This document shows positions 35,470-51,085 of a stretch of 64,000 bases of DNA, piece after piece (the stretch's first letter is position 1; each line of letters starts with the position of its first letter). The notes under the pieces were generated by a model. The model did no database searches. It was not told the DNA's origin and saw only the letters and a list, made by a program, of their open reading frames with translations. The position numbers and the translations under genes were made by a program. Source of the DNA: Eledone cirrhosa (Eukaryota); assembly GCA_964016885.1 (NCBI GenBank), contig OZ024764.1, positions 22,940,001 through 23,004,000 of the forward strand, written 5' to 3'.

Positions 35470-37535
35470 CAGTGGTACCTTGACTTACAAGTGTCCCAAC
35501 TAATAAGTTTTTCGAGATACGAGCCCTCTTTCGGCTGATTTTTTGCGTTGAGTTCCAGAGTAAAATTCGGGTTACGAGTCAGCTTCAGATGCCCCGCCAC
35601 TAGTTGGCATAGTGACCGCCACAGGCAATACCGTAACACCCGCCCGGCATCCCATGGCTTCGAAGAAAGTGAGGGCGAAGGACAGTTCTGAGAAGAAGAA
35701 GCGGATGATGTGTATTGAATTAAAGAAAGAAATTATAGAAAAACATGACCAAGGTGTGTGTGTAGTGGACTTGGTGAAGTAGTACGAGCGTAGCACTTCT
35801 ACGATATGTACCATACTGAAGAAGAAGGACTTGATAAAGGCTATAACCCCAGCTAAGGGTGGTAAAAGAATTTCTAAACAGCGGACATCTATCCATGAAA
35901 ATATGGAAAAGCTGCTGATGGTGTGGTTGACGGAGAAGCAGCTCGCAAGAGATACTGTGATGAAGATTATAATATGTGAGAAGGCACGAGCTATTTACGC
36001 TGATTTGCTGCAGCAGACCCCAGGTACTTCTACGGACGAGGCATCGGCAAGCCCTTTAATGCCAGTCAGTCGGGGTTGGTTTGAGAATTTTAAAAAGAGG
36101 ACCGGCATTCACTCCGTTGTCAGGCATGGTGAGGCAGCGAGCGCAGATATGAAGGCAGCTGAGGATTACCTCAAAACCTTTGTCAGAATTATAGCAGCCG
36201 AAGGATACATCCCTCAGCAAGTCTTTAACTGTGATGAAACAGGACTTTTTTGGAAGAAGATGCCAAGGAGGACTTATATAACGGCAGAGGAGAAGAGGAT
36301 GCCTGGCCACAAACCCATGAAGGATAGGCTAACCCCTGCACTGTGCCTATGCGAGCGGTGACTGTCAGATTAAGTCGCTGCTCGTTTATCATTCAGAAAA
36401 CTCCAGAACCTTTAAGTCACATAAGATTCTGAAAGAAAAACTGCAGGTTTTGTGGAGGGCAAACCCGAGGCCATGGGTCACCAGGTAGTTCTTTGTGGAG
36501 TGGGTGAATTTGGTCTTTGGTCCTGACGTTAAAAAATATCTCCAGGAAAATAACCTACCCCTGAAAACCCTTCTTGTCCTACATAATGCACCTGCTCACC
36601 AACCCACCCTCGAAGAGTTCAAGTTTATAAAGGTCCTCTACCTTTCACCAAACACCACCCCTATCCTACAGACCAAGGACCAGCAGGTACTTTCTAATTT
36701 CAAGAAGCTCTTCACCAAGCACCTGTTCAGTCGCTGCTTTGAAGTGACGGGGAGCACAAACTTCACCCTTGAGAGGTCTGGAAGGACCATTATAACATCG
36801 TGATATGCCTCAGAATTATCGATATGACATGGCAGGGTCTTACAAAGAGGACCTTGACCTCTACATGGAAGAAGCTGTGGCCTGAAGTTGTGTCTATAAC
36901 AGACTTTGAAGGACTCGAACCCGAAGCGGCAGTGGTGGAGGAGATTGTACGCCTCGGTAAGTCCATGGGCCTGGACATGGATGAAGGTGACATCAACGGA
37001 CTCATCGAGGAACTGACAACGAAGGAATTAAAGGAGCTACAGACACAGCAACACACGGAGTTTTTGCAGGAAATAGGTGACACAGAGGAGGTTATCTCAA
37101 CAAGTGAGATGAAACAAACCTCATTAGACAGGTTTTTATCGAAAATCCCTGCAGATAAAAGTGAGGAACGCGTTGCGAAAAGGGCAAAAATCAGCGAATA
37201 AGATTCAGTTATTCAGTTCATTCTTTCTCCTCCGTCAACATCCTCAAGTCGTCTGATCTCCAAGATAGATGCTGTACATTATACATAATAAAACCAGTTT
37301 GTTGCAGTACATTCTATTGTATTGTTTTTTTATATACAATATTTGTTATTTATAAGTAGATTTTTCTTATTTAAAAACACGTAACAAAACAAACTATGGT
37401 TTTTGTGGTCTGGAACGGATTAACGGCATTTTAATTTATTTCAGTGGGGAAAATTGATTTGACATACAAGTAATTTAAGTTACGAGGTCCTACACGGAAC
37501 AAATTAAATTAAACTCATAAGTCAAGATACCACTG
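35470..37535 (+). mobile_element. Tigger/pogo DNA transposon with frameshifted transposase
   Basis: CAGTGGTACCTTGACTTA...TAAGTCAAGATACCACTG TIRs; CENP-B-type HTH (SRGWFENFKKR, HGEAAS) and DDE (FNCDETGLFWK). Confidence 0.93.
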
Positions 37536-39109
37536 TGTGTGTATATATATATATATATGAAGGAACGATCGACTTTCGTCAAATCGGACTAAGGAAGCAA
37601 TGTTTCCATTGGTCTTTCCAATTGCTAGTACTAACGGTCGCAACTCCAGGTAGAAGGAACAACGTGAAATAAAGTGTCTTGCTCAAGGACATAACGCATC
37701 GCCTGGTCCAGGAAGCGAACTCACAACCTCAAGATATATATATATATAGTTAAATATTAGACAGGAACAAAAAACAGAGGCAGTGCAAATGGTAGTTTAT
37801 ACCGAGAGAGAGACAGACAAACACATCTAAACCTCTACTAATGTAAAACATAAAACATATGTAAGGGGAGACAACTCTCATTACATCCCCCTCTTCTTTT
37901 TGACATACATTCTTTAGATACTTTGTACAATGGAATCTACTTTATTTTGTGTCCTAAGTAGATTTCTGTTTAAGTATTTACGAGATTCACAATGATTCAC
38001 GTAACCAAGTTACTTACATAGAGATATATTTCACATAGAATCACAACAAATGAAAATATTAAGTCAACACTCTGTCAATCAGTCTCGCATCACATGGGGT
38101 GCCGGAGTCTCCCTCTAATACTTTCTGAGACAGTCTTACCTCGAGTGATAGCAAGGCTAAGATGTTGGAACTACCAAACACCCTCATATGTATCACCTGA
38201 CACCTTGGTAAGGAGAGCTGCCAACGATAACAAGAACCTCGTTGTCAGGGACCTATCTCCTCCAAACTTCTCCAACACCACAGACTAGAATATTCTACTC
38301 TTTATTCCCTATCAAATATATTTCAGTCTAGTCATTTATCTTGTATCTTGTATATGTATTTTCAAAACTAACTGTCACATTTGTGAGACCCCAGTTAGTG
38401 ATGTTTTTGTCTCCCTCCCACATCCTACATGCTGTAGTAAAAGTGATGGTCACTGCTTCTGTAGACGAACGAAATAAAAGCTAAACTACCAGTAATTATC
38501 GGCAAAGTATTTATTCCAGTCTGTGATGTTTGAGAAGCTGGGCTGCTGACAACGAAGTTGTTGTCACTGTTGGCGGCTGGCTTTACCGAAGTACCCGATG
38601 ACTGTTGTGAGGGTACTTAGCTGTTCTGGCGGTTTAGCCTCCACATGACCCGATCTTACCGAGATACCCGGTGATCTCTGTCGGGGTACTTAGCTGTTCT
38701 GGCAACTTAGCCTCCATATGACCCGATCTTACCGAGATACCCGGTGATCTCTGTCAGGGTACTCGATTGATCCAGCACCCTACTATTTCTACCAACAGGT
38801 TATATCGAGGTATCAAGTGATACTTTTTTCTAGTCAAGACCTCCTCTGCTGTCCTCTGTCTTCCAACTGCCCTGTTATTCTACAGACTCACGAAAGTGGA
38901 CACCATCTGAAGGAGAGAGTGGTTGGTGTAGTGGTCATCGCTGGCTATTGTTCAAGTGACACAGGTAAAATACACTACCTAGACTGAGGTGAAACGTCTA
39001 CCGTCCATTCTTCGTCACCAACACCTTACTTTCTCTATTTTAATTACATTTACTGATTTCAACTTCATTTTTTTATTACAAACTTTACATAATTTAATTC
39101 CGTAAAAAT

Positions 39110-39257
39110 ATTTTACGTCACAAAAAAACTTGACCTTTGACATTGAAGCATGCGCAGTGGTGCAGTTGTCGACTTCCTGTCCACGTGTCAGTCTTCCTAC
39201 AACATCATTTAGAAAACATTTCTGTAAATACTAAACACCTGAGACTATAATGTAAGT
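39110..39257 (+). promoter_or_regulatory. Putative promoter and non-coding exon 1 of ZNF3
   Basis: Paralog of 16900-17033 plus DR1-like TGACCTTTGACAT; donor GTAAGT at 39252. Confidence 0.65.
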
Positions 39258-39432
39258 ATTATGTCTATTAATATTGTAGATTTAAGCTCACTTTTCACAT
39301 CACAAATATATATTTTCTTGTTTGTTTTATTACTGAAAATATAAAATGTTATCGTAATTATCTATATTTTACCTACCTCTAATTAATTAAAGTGAAAACT
39401 TTTGTTGTTGCTGAAAAATAAATTAACAAAAC

Positions 39433-41533
39433 TATAGCGAGATTACTGGTTGTATGAATGTAACAAAACGAGACAATGTTTGTGTATATAATATTTAATT
39501 AACGGTAGATAGAATACTTGACATGTCAAAAATAGATGTTAGAATGAAACAAAGTTAGTAGTTACCGTTTTGATTGCCAGGCAAACGCGGCTGGCAGAGG
39601 GCGCCTGGCTAAGGCCAGGCGCCTGTTGGCCAAATTAATGGCAGAGCCAAATGAGAAGACTCTTGACCTGGTGCCGAAAAGGCAAAGAGAGAGAGGAAGC
39701 TTAAAGTTGTTAGTTTTATAGGGCTCTGACCGGAAGTCGCAGAAAGGGTTCCACCTCCCGTCTAGATCCCAATCAAAACAAGGGAGACAACCGCTACATA
39801 ACCTCCCGCCAGAATTTTAGTGTATAAAAATCGAAATGAAAATATGTAGCAAGTTGGCGAGAATGTTGTAACAGGCATGAAAATTACGACAAAAGAATGT
39901 TTGGAAAAATCAATGATAGATATCAAGGTAGCCAACCGCTCTTGGCCAGAGAACGACTGGACATCCATCTATCCATCACCCAAAGATACAATGTAATAAA
40001 GTAAAAGTAATAGAAGAGCTCAAAGTTCAAAATATAGTTCACAGGTGTGCAATCACATGACAGCAGGAAAGAAAGTGTGTTCCAGAGAATGAATGCAGGT
40101 GGTTTCTGTTCTGTGGTATATCGTGAAATTTCCAACCTCCGAATGGATTTTCTCACAGGAAGAGTGCTGCAAAAATGAATTCTCTGGCTTTGGTGAAGCT
40201 GTATTGATGTATTGCTGTTGCTGCTGCTGTTGTCTCGCTGAGTGAGCGTATTCGGTGTTTAAATTCACAGTAAAAAAATTTTTTTTTAGAAAAAAATAAG
40301 TTGCGCAAAGTGCTAGAAATAGCAGCCGAAGTTGATGGTCGATGTTGAGAATGCGTTGACCTGGAAGGGTCAAGAGGCCAGCGACCAGAGAAATAAGCAT
40401 TCCCAATAAATGCGCGGTTATCAACGGTAAATTTACATTGTAAATTTATAAACCGGCAAATAGAAGAATATAGCTTAAGGCTGAAGAATCCTTGGGGGAG
40501 AAATGCTATCTCTGGCGTGCGGCTGTCTGTGAGTAGAGACATCTCAGTGAATCGAGAATTTATGCTGCCTACACGTGCCAATACAAGGTTGAAAAAAAAT
40601 ATTTCTAACACGCGAGAAAATGATAGTGCAATTTTGAAAGTGACAATGATGAAAAAGAAAGGCTTCAATCAGCATAATTATAGGTGTGAACTTTGGAAAA
40701 AAACAAAAAACTTGAACGATGAAGAAAACGATGAACAAAAGGCAATGGTTCATCGAAAATAAATGTTCCTGTTGAAATGTTTTTTAAAGAATATCAAATT
40801 TCTTTTTTTTTTTTTTTTTTGTGTGTTTTGAAAGAGTTCGTTGTAAGAAACGAGAAACATATATATATATCGTGAAATGTTTTTTTTTGTTTTGAAAGTG
40901 TTCGTTGTAGGAAACGAGAAACATATATATATATATTGGTGAAATGCGACAGTTAATTGATGCGTGAGAGAAAAAGTATGTCTGTGCGAATTCCACATGT
41001 GCGTGTGTGCGTGTCCTTGAGTATTTTCATAGTTTGTCGCTAAATTTGCTGTGTATTCGTAATGTTACTCACAAAACCAGATGTGCTATTTTTTTCTTTT
41101 TTTTGGGGGGGGGGTGACCCTTATAGCGATGAACGGCTGCGTGTTCGTATCACGTCAGGGTTACCAATATAGCGAGATTACTGGTTGTATGAATGTAACA
41201 AAACGAGACAATGTTTGTGTATATAATATTTAATTAACGGTAGATAGAATACTTGACATGTCAAAAATAGATGTTAGAATGAAACAAAGTTAGTAGTTAC
41301 CGTTTTGATTGCCAGGCAAACGCGGCTGGCAGAGGGCGCCTGGCTAAGGCCAGGCGCCTGTTGGCCAAATTAATGGCAGAGCCAAATGAGAAGACTCTTG
41401 ACCTGGTGCCGAAAAGGCAAAGAGAGAGAGGAAGCTTAAAGTTGTTAGTTTTATAGGGCTCTGACCGGAAGTCACAGAAAGGGTTCCACCTCCCGTCTAG
41501 ATCCCAATCAAAACAAGGGAGACAACCGCTACA
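39433..41533 (-). mobile_element. Young non-autonomous LTR retrotransposon (Gypsy-like, tRNA-Trp PBS)
   Basis: 366-bp LTRs at 39433-39798 and 41168-41533, almost identical; 4-bp TSD AAAC; PBS TGGTAACCCTGACGTGAT; purine-rich GGCGGGAGG before the 3' LTR; no pol. Confidence 0.92.
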
Positions 41534-42539
41534 AAACTAAATATTTAAATATTCTAAAGGTCGTTTTTATATTATGTGATGATATAATTAATATATTTTA
41601 TTACAATTGTATAAATTTACAGTAGAATAACGTTGTAAATATGTTTTAAATATATACATAAATAACATAAGTGTGTAAATAACATTATAAATTGCTGGCA
41701 ATTCCTTGAGAAAGACATTACAAATATATTGTCTAAACTGTGTATAATAATATAATTTATTGAACAATAATGATAAAGGAAAGAAAAACACAGTGGGAGA
41801 TGGCAATTGACCACCAAACGAGGTAAACATTTTCAACTTTCCCCTTTTTTTGCTTTGTCCGAGACAACTCAAAATATTCTTCAAGGAACTGGATTTTCCA
41901 TTCGGTTGGATCGAACGGATTTTACCATTTATAATCTACGGAGAGGAATAACAGATGTTCGGAGGAAAAAAGAATTGTTTGTGGCAACAACGTAGGGAAC
42001 CAACCTGGAGCAATTGTATCACACAATTATACTTTCCTCCTTAACATACACTTACAATTTTTCAAAATCAAACCCCCCAAATATAAAATATAAATAATTA
42101 TAAATGGCGAGGAACCATCCCACATCCCTCTTGAAATAACCTGAATCTATTTATAGTCAGGTGTAACTGAAAGGTCAATCCATACTTCCATTCTATTTCA
42201 CAGAATTAGAAGCTTTGACCACTTGATAGAATTCAGGTCCAGTAATGTAATCACTCCGTAATTGTAAACATCTTGTATCACTATCATTCAGGTTTTGATT
42301 TTACTTAAGTCTTGCCCATGTTTTTTTTTTTTTTTCTTTTTTACACAAACTCACAATTTCGGTTTTTACTGCGGATTTACCCATGCGAACTATTACACAA
42401 ACTCACAGCCTTAGATTTTGTATTTCTAGCGTTTTTATTTTCCTTCTCTTTCCATGTTCAGTGCTCTTTCTCTCCCACTGTATTTACCTGCCTCTCACAT
42501 GACCACACTCCTCTCCACGCACTCACCATCTTCTCACTC

Positions 42540-45500
42540 CTTCTCCACCTTCCACCCCCCCCCCCCCCCTTGCTCAATCCTTACTTCCTCCTCGCGCACA
42601 GCCCACCTAGGTATTCGTTCAACCCGCCGGTGGCCCGATGTTTCGACCGAACTATCACCGGCGATTGCCGATTGCTAAAGTTGCCACCACTTTAACCTAG
42701 TCCACTCTAGGTGGGGGTGGCATGCGTCGAACGACCAAGAGACCTGCTTGGTGGAACGACTAATGTGACAACCGGTTAGCCTTCGACCTCTCATTCTCCA
42801 TCAACTGCAGCACGCACGAGAGGAGCTAACTTGACCCCACCTACCCCTCTTCTCCTTCACGGCAGATTCCGAACGAATCCAACCCGGCCAACCACACCAC
42901 CCCTATAACTGTTAGCTCACTACCCAACCCCCGCTTTAGTCCCATCGTTAGAACCACTGCTGTCTCCTTTACTGACTCCCTTCACCGAATTCCAACGCTG
43001 GCCCTCTACTGCCGCCTGTTGCCAGCCCGCCACCTGATTGCGCCCTCTGTGCCCGCACTAACCAGTACTTAAAGACAATTAAATGTCACCTATGCCACGC
43101 AAGCTACCACAGAAGCTGTGTCGGCATCACCAAACCTCAAGCCGAAAGGCTCCAACACTGGACCTGTCATCGGTGCCACTTCAGCTCCGACTATTCCGTG
43201 GGGATGACCAACACTCTACCGAAGACTTTGCCACAGTCCCCCCCCCCCCCCAGGGCTTCACCAAATCAAAGCTCGTTAATCGGACCCTTAAGGGAGCTCG
43301 GAACAGCTTTGCAGGTGCCCTCTCTAATTTACTGAAAAACGTTTGCTTGTCCAACAATAGTCTGGCAGAAATTGTTTTTGTTTCCCCTCATCTCTCTTCA
43401 CGTGCACAATGCGAACTCGGGTTCCCTCAAGTCCTCTCTCAAGCGGCAGTTCCAGCTGTTTGAGTCCACCCCAACCACGTCTCATCTCAGTTCGTCTCCG
43501 AGCTCGGTGTCCACCAACAGACAACCGGTAGACCTCAAGCGAACCGTCAATGCCAAATTCAGCGAATTTGACATTAAAGGGGCTGTCCTCCCTTGCTCCA
43601 TGCAACTCTGACTCTCGTGAGCGTCTGAAAGAGAAGCACCCCCAGATGATCAGCAACACTGGCCCGAACCACCAGAATACTTGAGACCGGTTTACACCAC
43701 CAATATCATCAGAAAGGCGATTTCATCCTTACCCGCTGGGTCAGGCGCGGGAATTAACGTCCTTCATCCTCAACACCTCAAGGATGGTATCTCCTTATCG
43801 GCCGGTGATGCCGGACTCGAGCTCTTGGAGAGTCTGACTCAATTTGTGAATCAGTGAACGTTCTCCCGTTCATCCGCCCACTGTTCTTCGGTGCAAAGCT
43901 ATTTGGTCTCACCAAGCCCAACGGGGACCTGCGCCGCATTGCGGTTGGCTGCACACCTCGCCGCCTCAGTGCAAAAGCGTGATCGCAGTTGGTCTCCAAC
44001 CCACTGGCGGAGGAATTTTCCCCCATCCAGCTGTGGGTGGGTACCAGGTGGAGATGTGTGGCTGCTGTCCACGCTGCCAGAGCATTTGCCAACTTGCCCT
44101 CCTCATCCCCCAAGGTCATCCTCAAACTTGACCTCAGGAATGCCTTCAACTCCGTCAGCCGTAACATCGTCCTCGAGAGAGAGGGTCCCACAACTCTACC
44201 ACTTTGCTTGGCAGGCTTATCGGGAGCCCTCCTACCTCTCTTTCAGTGACCAGATCATCACCTCTGCCTCAGGAGTCCAACAGGGTGACCCAATCGGGAC
44301 GCCCCCCCCCCCCCCCGCACTGGACATTGATGACGTCACCAAGATGGGGGCTGAGTTGGACTTCAATGTCTGGTAGCTCGACGACGCCTGTTTGGGGGGA
44401 ACTCCGGATATGGTTCTCGCCACTGCCAACAGGATGGTGGAGGAGCTTGGCGCCGGGGACTCCAGATCAATAGCTCCAAATGTGAGCTCTGGATCCTCAA
44501 CCACCCGGCTTCTTAACACCAACAGCTGATCGACCTGTTCGCAGAGTCCTTCCCTTCCATCACGGTCCCTCCCCCGTCGGCTTGGTGCTCCTTAGGAGCC
44601 CCAATCACAGACCTGGCCTTCGAGTCAACCATCCAATCGAAGATGGTTGGCCTTGAGCAGCTGCTGAGGAATATTGAAGATATCGAACCCCATCAAGGTT
44701 TCTTCTTACTCAGGAACTACCTGTCTATTCCTAAGCTTCTGTATCTGCTCAGGGTCAGCCCCTCTCACAGATTTCCATCCTGCCTCCAACGCTTCGACGA
44801 CCTAATCTTCAAGAGACTCGAGTGTCTGGTCAATGTTAGTAAGTGTTCGTCCCTCTCTCTCCCCTGCTTCCTTTCCTCCACCCAAGCTTGCAGCATCCTC
44901 TCCTCTCCAACATGGACTAGTTCCAACAGGGAGTTGTGTGAAGCTCTCCAGCAATGGAGTGAGTTGGGCTTGTCTCTTCCTGAGAAGGTGGAGGACAGTC
45001 GAAGTCAGAGAACTTGGGACAGGATACGTTGGAATGCCACCTTCGACTCCCTCTTTGTCCTCTCAGATCAGTTTACAAGGTGCCGCTTACCATCTGCCAG
45101 CGCCAAATACTCCGGTGACTGGGTCGATGCCTTACCCGTGGCCAACGTTGGAGGCCTACTCAGCCTGGATGAACTTCGTGTCTCCATCACCCTCAGAGTG
45201 GGAGCTGACGTCTGCATGGGTTTGAGATGTGGCTAACTCCTCGACTCCACAGGCCCCCATGGTCTTTCTTGCCGCCTGAATGCCGGCTACTTCGCCCGTC
45301 ACACGGAGCTAAACTTTATTCTGAAGAGAGCTTTGGCCCGGGCAAACATCCCCTCAGTCTTGGAACCATCTGGGTTGTCCAGAAGTGACGGCAAAAGACC
45401 TGACGGCCTTACCCTGTGCCCCTGGTCGAGAGGCAGGTGCTTAATCTGGGACGTCACTGTTAGTGACTCCTTTGCTCTTTCCCACATCCTTGATGCTGCG

Positions 45501-45900
45501 GTAAGGACGAGAGCCACAGCTTCGGAAGCCGAGCGGAGTAAGACCCTCAAATACTCTGATCTGTCGGCCAGCTACATTTTTCACTCTGTGGCTTTCGAGA
45601 CGTTTGGGGGAGTCGGGCCGCTGACTGCGAGGTTCCTTTCCTCACTGGCGGCTCGCCTTATAGAAGTAACTGGCGAAATCGCGAGGGCGCTTGGCTGTTC
45701 CAGCACCTGAGCCTCGCCATCACCCGAGGTAACACTGCCAGTGTGCTCGCTTGCCTCAAAACTCATTAGAGAGGTTTCCCAGTACCCCTCGTTGCTGTCT
45801 TTTGCTCTGGTGTTGGCTCCGTTGTCCACCCCTTCCTTTACATTTTCTTTAATATTGCAACATTGAAGGAATTTATCTTTCATTGTATCATCCTTCATAG
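42540..45900 (+). mobile_element. CRE-like RLE non-LTR retrotransposon, degenerate (longer copy)
   Basis: Paralog of 18225-21110 with ~440 extra 5' bp; KRPDGLTLCPWSRGRCLIWDVTV in ORF 45333-45710. Confidence 0.8.
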
Positions 45901-47354
45901 TGTTACCGAGGCATTTGTAATGTTATTTATATATTTAAAACATATTTCTTATGTTATTCTACTGTAAATTTATTTATATGCTCTGTTTATATTTTCATTC
46001 TGAAGGAACTTATCCACTTGTGTTGATATAAGTGATGCTATGACATTCCTCTAAGCATTGTCATTATATATGTTATTATAAACGTGAATAAATTGAATTT
46101 ATAGTGTGATAATAGGCCACACCTCACACCCTAGGGGTTAACTACACACTTTGAGGCAAGCCAACACACTGGCAGCATTACAACGGGTGATGGTGAGGCT
46201 AAGGTGCTGAAATAACCAGGTACCCTCACGGATATCACCTGACACCTCAGTAAGGTGAGGCTACGGTGCTGAAATAACCAGGTACCCTCACTGAAATGAC
46301 TAGATTTGTAGAAAAAGTAGGGTGAAAGTATACAAAGAGATGTAGTTTCACAGATCTACTCACACCTCACGTTGGGTGAGAATAATTATTTTTCTTAGAA
46401 TTCTTGCTATACCCCTTTTCCAGTATTTTTTCTCTGGACCCCTTAGATACTTGCGATAGACGTTTTATTCCCCAGTATTAATGTTAGGGTTTCCGTTTTC
46501 AGGAAGAAAAGTCGATTGCAAACATCTAAGAGGTCGAGAAATAAAATTAAGGAAAGATAATTATTTCCCAGCCAACTGGAGAAGTGTGTAGCTCTTCTTA
46601 ACTCTGATAATCCTGTCTCCCACTTCTTTATCTACAAATCTAGTCATTTCCTGCTACTTTGTTCCCTGGGGTATGCCTTAGTATTTGACACCATCTATCT
46701 GTCTTACTCCCTAACTAGCAAGAAGTCAATCTGTCTCATGTGCTCACCTGGTTGGTAGGTTATTAGGTGGTTGGTAGGTTTATTATAACTAGGTCTCTGT
46801 CATTGTGGTTATCTCTACTTATTCCTTTTCTACATATGGAGCAGAGCCACTTTCCTGAAGGGGTCAGGGTCTTCTCTCCTATCCATTACCACTTTAGTTT
46901 TGGCTAAGTATATTCTCAGAACTTACCATTTCAAATTCTATATCTATAGCTGGTCATCTACATAGAGAAGTTTCCATAGACAGCCAGTCTTAAACCTCTC
47001 TGTTATGGCTTGGAGAACTATGATGAACAACAGTGGGCTAAGAACTAAACCATGATGAACTCATACCTGTACCTTCAGTTCCTCACTAATCACACTTTAC
47101 TGACAGCTTCTCAAAAGCCATTCTTCTACACCTAATTTCTTTAACCCTTTAGTATATAAAATGGCCATATCTGGCCAGATTTCTCCCACATCTTTCTGTT
47201 CAAACTGGCAGTAACTGGTCACTTATACTTATGTTAAGGTATTGTTCTCAAAATAAATAACATGAACATCTCATAGATTTGATATTATGTGAGATAAAGC
47301 ATTTACTGTGAAAATATAATAGTAAATATAGAGTAATGTGAATACTAAAGGGTT

Positions 47355-47807
47355 AATCTAATGTCACTAATAACTACTTTTATCAGTCAGTTTAATCTAA
47401 TGTCACTAATAACTACTTTTATCAGTCAGTATAATCTAATGTCACTAATAACTACTTTTATCAGTCAGTTTAATCTAATGTCACTAATAACTACTTTTAT
47501 CAGTCAGTTTAATCTAATGTCACTAATAACTACTTTTATCAGTCAGTTTAATCTAATGTCACTAATAACTACTTTTATCAGTCAGTTTAATCTAATGTCA
47601 CTAATAACTACTTTTATCAGTCAGTATAATCTAATGTCACTAATAACTACTTTTATCAGTCACTTTAATCTAATGTCACTAATAACTACTTTTATCAGTC
47701 AGTATAATCTGATGTCACTAGTTACTACTTTTATCAGTCAGTTTAATCTAATCTCACTAATAACTACTTTTATCAGTCAGTATAATCTACTGCCACTAAT
47801 AACTAAC
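47355..47807. repeat. 39-bp intronic minisatellite (unit 3, ~11-12 copies)
   Basis: Same unit as 22-887. Confidence 0.97.
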
Positions 47808-48750
47808 CTATGTTAGTCAGCACATTCTTCACCAAGGAAGGCCTTAGTATTTATTACAGTCTATTTATCAATATAGAAATATTATATGAAATTTGTACTG
47901 ATGTATTACAAGTTTCTGAGTATCTTATAATGTTCTTTTATTATTTCAGAATACCAGAGGACATTGGCATTAAAGAGCACGTTACATCAGACATATCCTC
48001 AACATTAACCATTTCTAATGAAAGACACTACCCATCATTTTCAAATAATTTTGAAAACACTCAACACTTTGAAGTGATTTAGTAATATAACTAAATTTCT
48101 CAGTATTAAGTTGCTATTTTGGAACATAACTTTGCACAATTTCATGAAGTTATAATGGAATGTTTTTAGATACATATAAAGACTGATATGAAAAGGATAA
48201 AACACTTTTATATCAGTTGTTTCATCAACACCATTATTTAAAGACTAAAGGAAGCTGTTATACAGAACAGATACAACCTTGTTTATATAAATCTATGGGA
48301 GAAATACTGGAAAATATTTCTTGTAAACTCAATAACACTTCTATTCTTTGCTGTCTGGAATATGTAGAAGATACAAAGTAAAGCTGAAGAAATTCACAAA
48401 TGATTTTGTAAGATCTTCATATATTGACAAAGATGATAGTTGATGGAACTACAGGAGTAGAAATATTTCCATTATTACAGGAATAACTAGTCAAATAAAA
48501 ACCAGAAAAATTAGATTCTTCATTGTCTGGAATTTGTACAAGATGGTTTTATATGTATATTAAACTTGAAAACATCTACAAAACAGTTTGTATCATCTTT
48601 AAATATAAAGAAAGACCAAAGTTGATGGAAATATATCTGGAGGAATATGTTGTAGGAATAATATTATAAACATAAAGAAGAAAAATATCCATATATTAAC
48701 AGGAGAAAAATATTAAAACTGTGAATTATGTGAGAAACTGAGGTGATTGA

Positions 48751-49453
<703 letters not shown>

Positions 49454-50639
49454 CTGTATCAATATCAAACTCATTACATCATACTACAACAACAACAATT
49501 ATGTAGATCCATCATCCTTGCTAAAACTGGGGTCAACCTTGTAGGTTTTACCTAGGACAGGGATCATAAAACCAGGTTTCCATTTTTGAAGCAGTGTTTG
49601 AAGATTTTGTGTAAATTAAAGTTTTTCACATTAAACTTTGATTTATTATACTTTAACAGGTAAGATATATATTTGTATTTTTAGTAAAGGTTGGGAACTT
49701 CTGTAATTTAAACCTGCCAATAAAATGAAAACTTTTGTTGTTGTTAGTCAGACATTGATATTAATTCTATTGTCCTGTACATTGTCTCAAATATCACAGA
49801 TTAAACAGATTTTAACACTATCAACAGAAATCAATAACTTGTAAGCCTAATATCTAGCTTCCATTTTAACTATTTGATATTGTTATTCCCCTCCTGTCTC
49901 TTCAGGTCTTTTAGATTTCAACTTCTATCTACTGTACTATTCCATAACCAAGGCAACATTCATCTGGCTGGCAGCTTACATCAACTACAAATCTCATCAG
50001 TGGTTCACAACAGGCTGTCTGAAAGAAACTTCCAGATATCTTCTATGTCATAGCTATCAATATCCTCCTCCTTATCATATGTACCACTCTCACACTCCCT
50101 CTAGATCTTATATTTAAGAGGGAGATCTTTTACTGTCCCTACTCTTTTCTCTAGGTTGTCTTGTGCCTCTCTCACAGTCCCTATATATCTTATATTTAAC
50201 AGGGAGATCTTTTACTATCCCTACCCTTTTCTCTAGATTGTCTTGTATCTCTTTCACAGTCCCTCTAGATCTTATATTTAACAGGGAGATCTTTTACTCT
50301 CCAACCCTTCTACAGATAGTCTTGTATATGTCATTCCCTCTAGGTCTTACACCTCGTATCTAGTCTATGTTGAGTGGTACGTCCTTCTCCAGTAAAGGAG
50401 TTAATATTCCCAACCATCTGTCTATCCTGTTTTCTGATGAGAATGAAGTCAATCTAGTTTATCTCTTCACCTGATTGAAGTAACTAGATCAAGTAACTAG
50501 ATGGTTTCCTGTAAGTTAGTGTTGCAGTGTTTGTGTCACCATGTAAGGTTTATATCTATTAATATAGAGATGTAGTAAAGTTTTCACTGTTGTATCTCTA
50601 CTTTCTAAATATCTTAATAATGTTTCTCTACTATTTCAG

Positions 50640-51085
50640 AATATCACATGACCTTGGCAGAAAAGAGTCTTTTAAAGACAACAGAAAGGTGTTACATACA
50701 AGTGATATAAACCTGTTTAGTCTGTGGTGAATTATGGTGAAATATTTCTTCTGAATTGAGATAGATAACAATATTTTCCTTTTTCACTGTCTGGAATATT
50801 TACAAGATGATTTAACATTCTGATTAAACTTTAGATATTTACAAAGGAGTTTTCAAAATATTTGGATATTGACAAAGATCACATTTGGTAAAAATTATGA
50901 ACAATAGAAATATTTACATCAACATAGGAATATTTTCCAGAAGAGATGGGAAAATCATTATACCACTGTAATATTTGTGGTAAAGTATTCTCTATTCTTT
51001 ATATGTAGAACATCTAACTAAACACTTTAATTAACAAACTATTGTGCTATAAAATTGACAAACTTGAGCAATGTTTAATAAATGT
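50640..51085 (+). pseudogene. Decayed second ZNF terminal exon (unit 3)
   Basis: Paralog of 8625-9065. Confidence 0.7.

Noticed and set aside
40053-40668. ORFs inside the LTR element as possible gag
   Set aside because: No recognisable capsid or zinc-knuckle motif; low complexity; an HMM search would be needed
41145-41166. tRNA-Trp-like sequence as a tRNA gene
   Set aside because: Only the 18-nt 3' end including CCA is present, adjacent to an LTR; it is a primer-binding site
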